64,000 nucleotides of DNA from a virus (taxonomy: Duplodnaviria > Caudoviricetes). The stretch is from positions 64,001 through 128,000 of the IMG/VR virus record IMGVR_UViG_3300033073_001332; one strand, 5' to 3'. Made by a program: the position numbers and the translations under genes. The notes beneath the pieces are model-generated. The model did no database searches, was not told the origin of the DNA, and was given only the letters and a program-made list of their open reading frames with translations. Positions 58,852-64,000 of this stretch are shown piece by piece. Position 1 is the stretch's first letter. Each line of letters begins with the position of its first letter.

Positions 58852-59723
58852 TGGATATTAGTAAACACATTAAAGAATTTGTTAAATCTCGTAGATTGAA
58901 TGAGGGTTTTACTGAAGAGGGTAACCCTGATACAAAATACTACGCGTTTGATTGGGACGACAACATTATGTTTATGCCAACCTCTATAATTGTACTTAGT
59001 GAAAACGATGAAGAAGTTCCGATGTCTACTGAAGATTTTGCTGAACACAGACACCAAATAGGTAAAGAACCATTCCCATATAAAGGAACAACGGTTGTGG
59101 ATTTTGCACCTGATGCGTTTAGAAATTTTGGAGTTAAGGGTGATAAGAGATTTGTGTTAGATACAATGATGGCACCTTTGGGTCCTTCTTGGAATGACTT
59201 TGTAGAGTGTATAAATGGGGGTTCAATCTTCTCAATCATCACAGCTAGAGGTCACGACCCAAAAACATTAAAAGAGGCTGTATACAACCTTATAATGGCT
59301 AATAAGAATGGTATTAATAGTAGAACATTAGCTGAAAACTTATACAGATACAGACATATTGGAAATGAAGTTGGTGATAGTAAAAAAGTTAAAGCGTTAA
59401 CACCAAAAGAACTTCGTGAATATTTGGACTTATGTCGTTTTTATCCCGTGACTTTTGGGGAAGGTTCTGCAACCAACCCTGAAGAAGGTAAAATCAAAGC
59501 GATGAAGGAATTTATCTCTTATTGTAAGGAAATGGCAAAAGAGGTCGGGGAAAAAGCGTATTTCAAAAACGACGTCGAAAATAATGAGATACTACCAATG
59601 ATTGGTTTTTCAGATGACGACCAGAGAAATATAGAAAAGATGAAAGACTTTTTAGATACACATGATACTGAAAAACTAGTAAAAACTTATTTAACTAAAG
59701 GAGGAGAAAAGAAAGAATACTAG
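58851..59723 (+). CDS. HAD-superfamily phosphatase-like protein
   Basis: FDWDDNI (motif I), ITARGH (motif II), K, GFSDDD (motif IV). Confidence 0.75.
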   Translation: MDISKHIKEFVKSRRLNEGFTEEGNPDTKYYAFDWDDNIMFMPTSIIVLSENDEEVPMSTEDFAEHRHQIGKEPFPYKGTTVVDFAPDAFRNFGVKGDKRFVLDTMMAPLGPSWNDFVECINGGSIFSIITARGHDPKTLKEAVYNLIMANKNGINSRTLAENLYRYRHIGNEVGDSKKVKALTPKELREYLDLCRFYPVTFGEGSATNPEEGKIKAMKEFISYCKEMAKEVGEKAYFKNDVENNEILPMIGFSDDDQRNIEKMKDFLDTHDTEKLVKTYLTKGGEKKEY

Positions 59724-59792
59724 AAAGTTATTTATAATGCAACGATAATTTTTAAAAAATACAAAGTAAATAGAAAAAAATTTAGTTGACGA

Positions 59793-59799
59793 TATTTAT
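59793..59799 (+). promoter_or_regulatory. TATTTAT putative late promoter (tail tube)
   Basis: TGACGA-TATTTATA context shared with sheath promoter. Confidence 0.65.
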
Positions 59800-59833
59800 A
59801 ATAAAAATAAAAGAAACAAAAAAATAGATAGAC

Positions 59834-60322
59834 ATGGCTGATTTGTTAATGAAAATGCCCTTTCAATATGAACCTAAAAGAAAAAATAGGTTTATTATTA
59901 CATTCCCATCTTCTTTGGGGATTAATTCTTGGTATGTAGAAAGTGCTTCAAGACCAAAAATTGAGATTAAAGAAACACCAATTCCATTTTTGAATACTGA
60001 AACTTATGTTGCTGGTCAATTTAAATGGGGTTCAATTGATGTTACTTTCCGTGACCCAATCGGACCTTCTGCTTCTCAAGCTTTAATGGAGTGGGTACGT
60101 TTACACGCTGAGTCTGTAACAGGTCGTATGGGTTATGCTGCTGGTTATAAAAAAGATATTGACCTTGAAATGTTGGACCCAACAGGTGTAGCTGTTGAAA
60201 AATGGATTCTACAAGGTACATTCTTAACAAGTGTTGATTTTGATTCTTTAGGTTATAGTGAAGATGGTTTAGTTACGGTTAAAGCAACTTTAAGACCTGA
60301 CAGATGTATCTTAGTTTACTAA
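59834..60322 (+). CDS. gp19: Tail tube protein, gp19-like
   Basis: EPKRKNRF, RP, YVAG...W, YKKDI.LEMLDPTG..VEKWIL.G.F. Confidence 0.88.
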   Translation: MADLLMKMPFQYEPKRKNRFIITFPSSLGINSWYVESASRPKIEIKETPIPFLNTETYVAGQFKWGSIDVTFRDPIGPSASQALMEWVRLHAESVTGRMGYAAGYKKDIDLEMLDPTGVAVEKWILQGTFLTSVDFDSLGYSEDGLVTVKATLRPDRCILVY

Positions 60323-60344
60323 AAACAAAATAAAAATATTATTC

Positions 60345-60373
60345 AATCCCATCTATTTTAGGTGGGATTTTTT
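60345..60373 (+). terminator. Rho-independent terminator after tail tube gene
   Basis: AATCCCATCTA-TTT-TAGGTGGGATT followed by TTTT. Confidence 0.85.
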
Positions 60374-60416
60374 ATTTACATAAACTAAAGTCAAGTTATT
60401 TTTAAAGAAAAAAATT

Positions 60417-61175
60417 ATGGACAAAAGCGCTCAATACGGTCAAATGGATTTTAATCTTCCACATGATATGGTATCATTACCATCTAAAGGTATTTTTTAC
60501 AAACCAAAAAAAGAAAGTTTAAAAGTTGGGTATCTCACTGCGACTGATGAAAATATTTTGATGTCAAACATCATATCACAAGAAGGATTCGTTCAAACGT
60601 TATTAAGACAAAAAGTTTATGAACCTGGCTTTGACGTTTTACAATTATTGAATTGTGATGTGGAAGCTATTTTAATTTATTTAAGAAATACTTCTTTTGG
60701 TGATTTATATGAATTTAAAGTTAATGACCCCAAAACTAATATCAAGTTTGATGTATCAATAAAATTAGACAGAATAAGCGTTAAAGATGCAGAACAAACC
60801 CCTGATGAGAGTGGACTATTTAACTTTAGATTGCCTAAGTCTGGTAATAATGTAAAACTAAGATTATTAAATTTAGGTGATACAATTTATTTAGAAAAAT
60901 TACAAGACAAATACCCACAAGGTATGGTTGCACCGATTATCACTAGTCGTTTAGAAAGAGCAATTGTTAGTATTGATGGAAATGAAGACAGAGAATTTAT
61001 TTCAAAATTCATTACTCAAATGCCGATTATAGACTCCAAAGAAATAAGAAGATTCCTTAAAACATGTGAACCACAATTAGACTTAAACAGAAAAGTAAAA
61101 GCCCCGTCAGGAGAAGAAGTGACTATAGATTTCACTTTTGGGGTTGAATTTTTTCGTCCTTTCTTCTCAATATAA
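60417..61175 (+). CDS. Tail assembly chaperone / baseplate hub assembly protein (gp26-like)
   Basis: LPSKG..Y, LTATDENIL, LIYLRNTSFG, LPKSG, ends EFFRPFF; lies between tube and tape measure. Confidence 0.7.
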   Translation: MDKSAQYGQMDFNLPHDMVSLPSKGIFYKPKKESLKVGYLTATDENILMSNIISQEGFVQTLLRQKVYEPGFDVLQLLNCDVEAILIYLRNTSFGDLYEFKVNDPKTNIKFDVSIKLDRISVKDAEQTPDESGLFNFRLPKSGNNVKLRLLNLGDTIYLEKLQDKYPQGMVAPIITSRLERAIVSIDGNEDREFISKFITQMPIIDSKEIRRFLKTCEPQLDLNRKVKAPSGEEVTIDFTFGVEFFRPFFSI

Positions 61176-61185
61176 AAAAAATTTA

Positions 61186-61308
61186 ATGGATGAAATGTAT
61201 TACTTGGTTAAGTATGCCAATTTTTCTTACGAGGATTTATTAAAAATGCCAACTTTTGAAAGAAAGTATTTTGTCGAGAAGTTGATTGAAGAGTCAACTA
61301 AAAAATAA
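61186..61308 (+). CDS. Small ORF (40 aa), probable frameshift extension of the tail chaperone (gp51/GT-like)
   Basis: MDEMYYLVKYANFSYEDLLKMPTFERKYFVEKLIEESTKK; this frame is open from 61129, overlapping the end of the upstream gene. Confidence 0.7.
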   Translation: MDEMYYLVKYANFSYEDLLKMPTFERKYFVEKLIEESTKK

Positions 61309-61336
61309 TTTTTTATCTATTTATAATTAAAAAGCT

Positions 61337-63139
61337 ATGTTTTTTGAAGTAGATGGTAATACAGATGCATCAGTCTCTAAATTTGAAAATCTTTCAAAAC
61401 AAATTGATACTTTACAAAGTAAATTAAAAAGTTTTGTAATTGGTACTGATATGGAGGCGGTTTATGAAAACGTCTCAAAACAATTTGTTTCAATGAACGA
61501 TAATGCCACCAAACTTGTTAGAAGTATGGGTGGTGTATTTTTGTCAACAAAAGATTCTGCTACATATGCGAATGCATTCAGAAGCAGATTAATGGAGGCT
61601 GTTGAGGTTAATAAAGAGTTAGGAGCAACCTTCAAAGATGCTAATGAAACGGTTCAATCATTATCCGCCGCGATGGGCAGAATGGTAAACCCAAGTGCTG
61701 CGGTGGTTTCAGATATGATAGTAATGGCAAAATCAACGGGACTATCAAACGCTGAAATTGGAGGTATGGTTGCCAACATTTCTAAGTTTAAAGGTACACA
61801 AGCAGATGCCTTAGATATGATGAGTGACATTGCAATGGAAGCAAGAAAAACGGGTATTAATACTGCTGCTTACATGAAGTCAGTTAATGAAAATATTAAA
61901 AAAGCATCAGGATTTGGTTTTAAAAGTGGTATTGAAGGTGTAAAAAACATGGCAAAACAAGCGGCGATGCTTAGAACCAATATTGAAAGTATCGGAGCAA
62001 AAGGTCTACAAGCTAAGATTTTAGACCCTGAAGGTGCTATTGAAGCTGCGGCACAATTTCAAATGTTAGGAGGAGCGGTAGGGAAATTAGCAGACCCATT
62101 CCAACTATTGAATATGGCTCAAACAGACATGGAAGGTTTACAAAATGAATTAGTCAAGTCAACTTCATCCGCATTTAAATTTAATCAAGAATCTGGTAGA
62201 TTTGAGGCTTCAACTCAAGATTTATATAGATTAAGACAACAAGCGGAAATTACAGGTGCAAACTTCGATGAGATGTTAGAAGCAGGAAAAGAGGCAGCTA
62301 AGTTAGATTTTTTGAAAAATGCTGTTGATTTATCTGGATTAAATGAGGAACAAAAAGGTTTAATCACAAGTTTGTCCGAAATTGGTACAGACGGAAAAAT
62401 AATGTTTGATTTACCAGGTTACGATGAGCAAGGTAAAAATCTTCAAGAATTGATGAAAGACGCTAAATTCAAAGCCGAATTAGATAAATATCAAATGAAG
62501 GAAGGTTTATCTGAAAAACAAATTGCTATTGATTCGATGACTATCGAAGAAGACCAATTAGCCGCTTTATTGGAAATACAACAGGCGGTTGTTTTAGGTT
62601 TAGATTCCTCATCTCAAGAAAAGTTTAGAGAAAATTTAATGACGGCAAATAAAAACGCCGCAGCTCAAGGAACATCATTGGCTAATGAACTTAAAAAAAT
62701 GTCAGGTGAATATGCGGGTTTAAGAGCTGGTGTTGATGCTAAATTTCCCGAAAAAAAGGTTGAAATTGCTGAAGATACAAAAAACGAAGCGGAAAATGCA
62801 ATTACAGCTTTAAAAGAAAAACTTGGAATTGAGGATGGTCTTTTTCCTGCAAACGGCTCCGCCCCAACAATTTTAAAAAGAGGTGCAATTTACAAAGGAA
62901 TTGCAACTGATGATGTTGCTGTTGGTGAAGGGTTAGGTAAAGCACTTAATACTATTTCAAGTGGAGGTGGAAATGTAGGTGGAAAAATAGATATCAATAT
63001 TAATTTAAATGGCTCAATTGCGGGAGACCCGGGTCAAATTACAAAAATGTTTAATTCACCACAAGTTCAAAAACAAATAATGGATACTGTATTGTACAAG
63101 TTGAATGATTATAAAAAACAACAAGGGGTTCTCGCCTAA
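61337..63139 (+). CDS. Tape measure-like protein
   Basis: Ala/Met-rich helical 600 aa following tube and chaperone. Confidence 0.7.
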   Translation: MFFEVDGNTDASVSKFENLSKQIDTLQSKLKSFVIGTDMEAVYENVSKQFVSMNDNATKLVRSMGGVFLSTKDSATYANAFRSRLMEAVEVNKELGATFKDANETVQSLSAAMGRMVNPSAAVVSDMIVMAKSTGLSNAEIGGMVANISKFKGTQADALDMMSDIAMEARKTGINTAAYMKSVNENIKKASGFGFKSGIEGVKNMAKQAAMLRTNIESIGAKGLQAKILDPEGAIEAAAQFQMLGGAVGKLADPFQLLNMAQTDMEGLQNELVKSTSSAFKFNQESGRFEASTQDLYRLRQQAEITGANFDEMLEAGKEAAKLDFLKNAVDLSGLNEEQKGLITSLSEIGTDGKIMFDLPGYDEQGKNLQELMKDAKFKAELDKYQMKEGLSEKQIAIDSMTIEEDQLAALLEIQQAVVLGLDSSSQEKFRENLMTANKNAAAQGTSLANELKKMSGEYAGLRAGVDAKFPEKKVEIAEDTKNEAENAITALKEKLGIEDGLFPANGSAPTILKRGAIYKGIATDDVAVGEGLGKALNTISSGGGNVGGKIDININLNGSIAGDPGQITKMFNSPQVQKQIMDTVLYKLNDYKKQQGVLA

Positions 63140-63176
63140 AAAATCTAAAACAATCTATTTATCATAAAAAGACTAA

Positions 63177-64000
63177 ATGGAGAGTCCACTATCATTTAAT
63201 TCAAGTGAAAATTTTAGAAAAAAACTTTTGGTGCGTAATTTACCACCATACAAAGTGGATAATGCGTTTTCTAATAATAGTAAACCCGGGTCATCAGAAT
63301 TTACCGTTAATGACCTAACACCGATTGATTCACCAAGTGTGGAACAAATTGGAAATCAACAAGAAAAAGTTTTATTACCAATAAATCAATATGGACCACA
63401 AAACAATCAAGGTGATTTTGGTAACATGGTTCCAATTAATGATAATCTTAATTATAAACCAAATGAAGGTGTTTATGGATATCCTGATAGTATCGGTAGT
63501 GATTTAGAGGTAATAGGTAACAATACAGAAAAACAACTGATTATAAAAAATGTTTATAGACCTGAAAATGGTGTTTCAGATTTTGGTTCAACCGCGTGGT
63601 ATATAAATAACGATAAAGTAATCAATACTGTAGGTGAAGGTGAATACTCAATTCAAGATACGGTTGGTAGTAATTTAGAAACAACTGCCAATTTAGATAG
63701 ACCCGCATTAATTACTAATAACCAATACGGACCTGAAACTCAAACTAATGTTGAAGTTCCAATTAATAACAATTACCAATCTAACCCTAATGAAGGGGAG
63801 TATGGTTTTCCTGATACATTCGGAAGTCAATTAGAAACCGTAGGTGATAATGATAGACCTGTATTGTTTGCTATTAATCAATATGGACCTGACAACATTC
63901 CAACAAATGAGGTACAAATCAATCAAAATCTTCAAACTAATTCAAACGAAGGTGAATATGGTTTCTCTGATACCGTTGGTAGTGAATTACAAATAATTGG
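63177..64000 (+). CDS. Large repeat-containing protein, 3' end truncated by window
   Basis: Open from ATG 63177 (MESPLSFNSSENFRKKLLVRNLPPY) to window end; ~50-57-aa repeats NQYGP..IN.N....NEGEYG..D..GS.LE. Confidence 0.8.
   Translation, partial: MESPLSFNSSENFRKKLLVRNLPPYKVDNAFSNNSKPGSSEFTVNDLTPIDSPSVEQIGNQQEKVLLPINQYGPQNNQGDFGNMVPINDNLNYKPNEGVYGYPDSIGSDLEVIGNNTEKQLIIKNVYRPENGVSDFGSTAWYINNDKVINTVGEGEYSIQDTVGSNLETTANLDRPALITNNQYGPETQTNVEVPINNNYQSNPNEGEYGFPDTFGSQLETVGDNDRPVLFAINQYGPDNIPTNEVQINQNLQTNSNEGEYGFSDTVGSELQII

Noticed and set aside
1-64000. Alternative genetic code (TAG/TGA recoding as in some large phages)
   Set aside because: Genes are full length in code 11 with high coding density; TAG and TGA end genes at sensible positions (e.g. 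55158, 59723, 2236)
1-64000. tRNA, rRNA or large ncRNA genes
   Set aside because: Intergenic gaps are short (mostly under 150 nt) and explained by promoters and terminators; no cloverleaf signatures noticed

Overview
AT-rich segment of a large T4-like (Myoviridae-type) jumbo phage in standard genetic code. The host is probably Bacteroidota/Flavobacteriia, based on a Bacteroidia-type bS21 with Tyr54, a DUF4494-like ORF and A-rich start regions lacking Shine-Dalgarno sequences. The window holds a head module (portal, ribosomal protein bS21, prohead protease, scaffold, major capsid), baseplate/spike genes, a gp55-like late sigma factor, a family B DNA polymerase, an SNF2 helicase, a zincin-MnSOD fusion, and neck, sheath, tube, chaperone and tape-measure genes. 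The main candidate system is a ~23 kb co-oriented glycan locus (15647-38996). It encodes a GDP-colitose-type pathway (Gmd, His-type ColD, ColC/Fcl), an atypical CMP-ulosonic-acid pathway (GmhA, short NeuB, HAD phosphatase, epimerase, SDR, class IV aminotransferase, NeuA), a Maf-like transferase, a carbamoyltransferase and about 10 glycosyltransferases. Virion proteins in the same window are strongly enriched in a [S/T]-G-x-[S/T] motif, which together suggests phage-encoded O-glycosylation of the virion (inference). Other signals: 18 copies of a TATTTAT late-promoter motif (reverse complement of the T4 late promoter), a probable +1/-2 frameshift at TTT_TTT_CGT in the tail chaperone, [ILM]-x-E propeptides suggesting that WYL, SOD and HAD enzymes are packaged, an unannotated RHH gene with an operator-like repeat, and apparent GATC avoidance. 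All family assignments come from manual motif recognition, not database searches.
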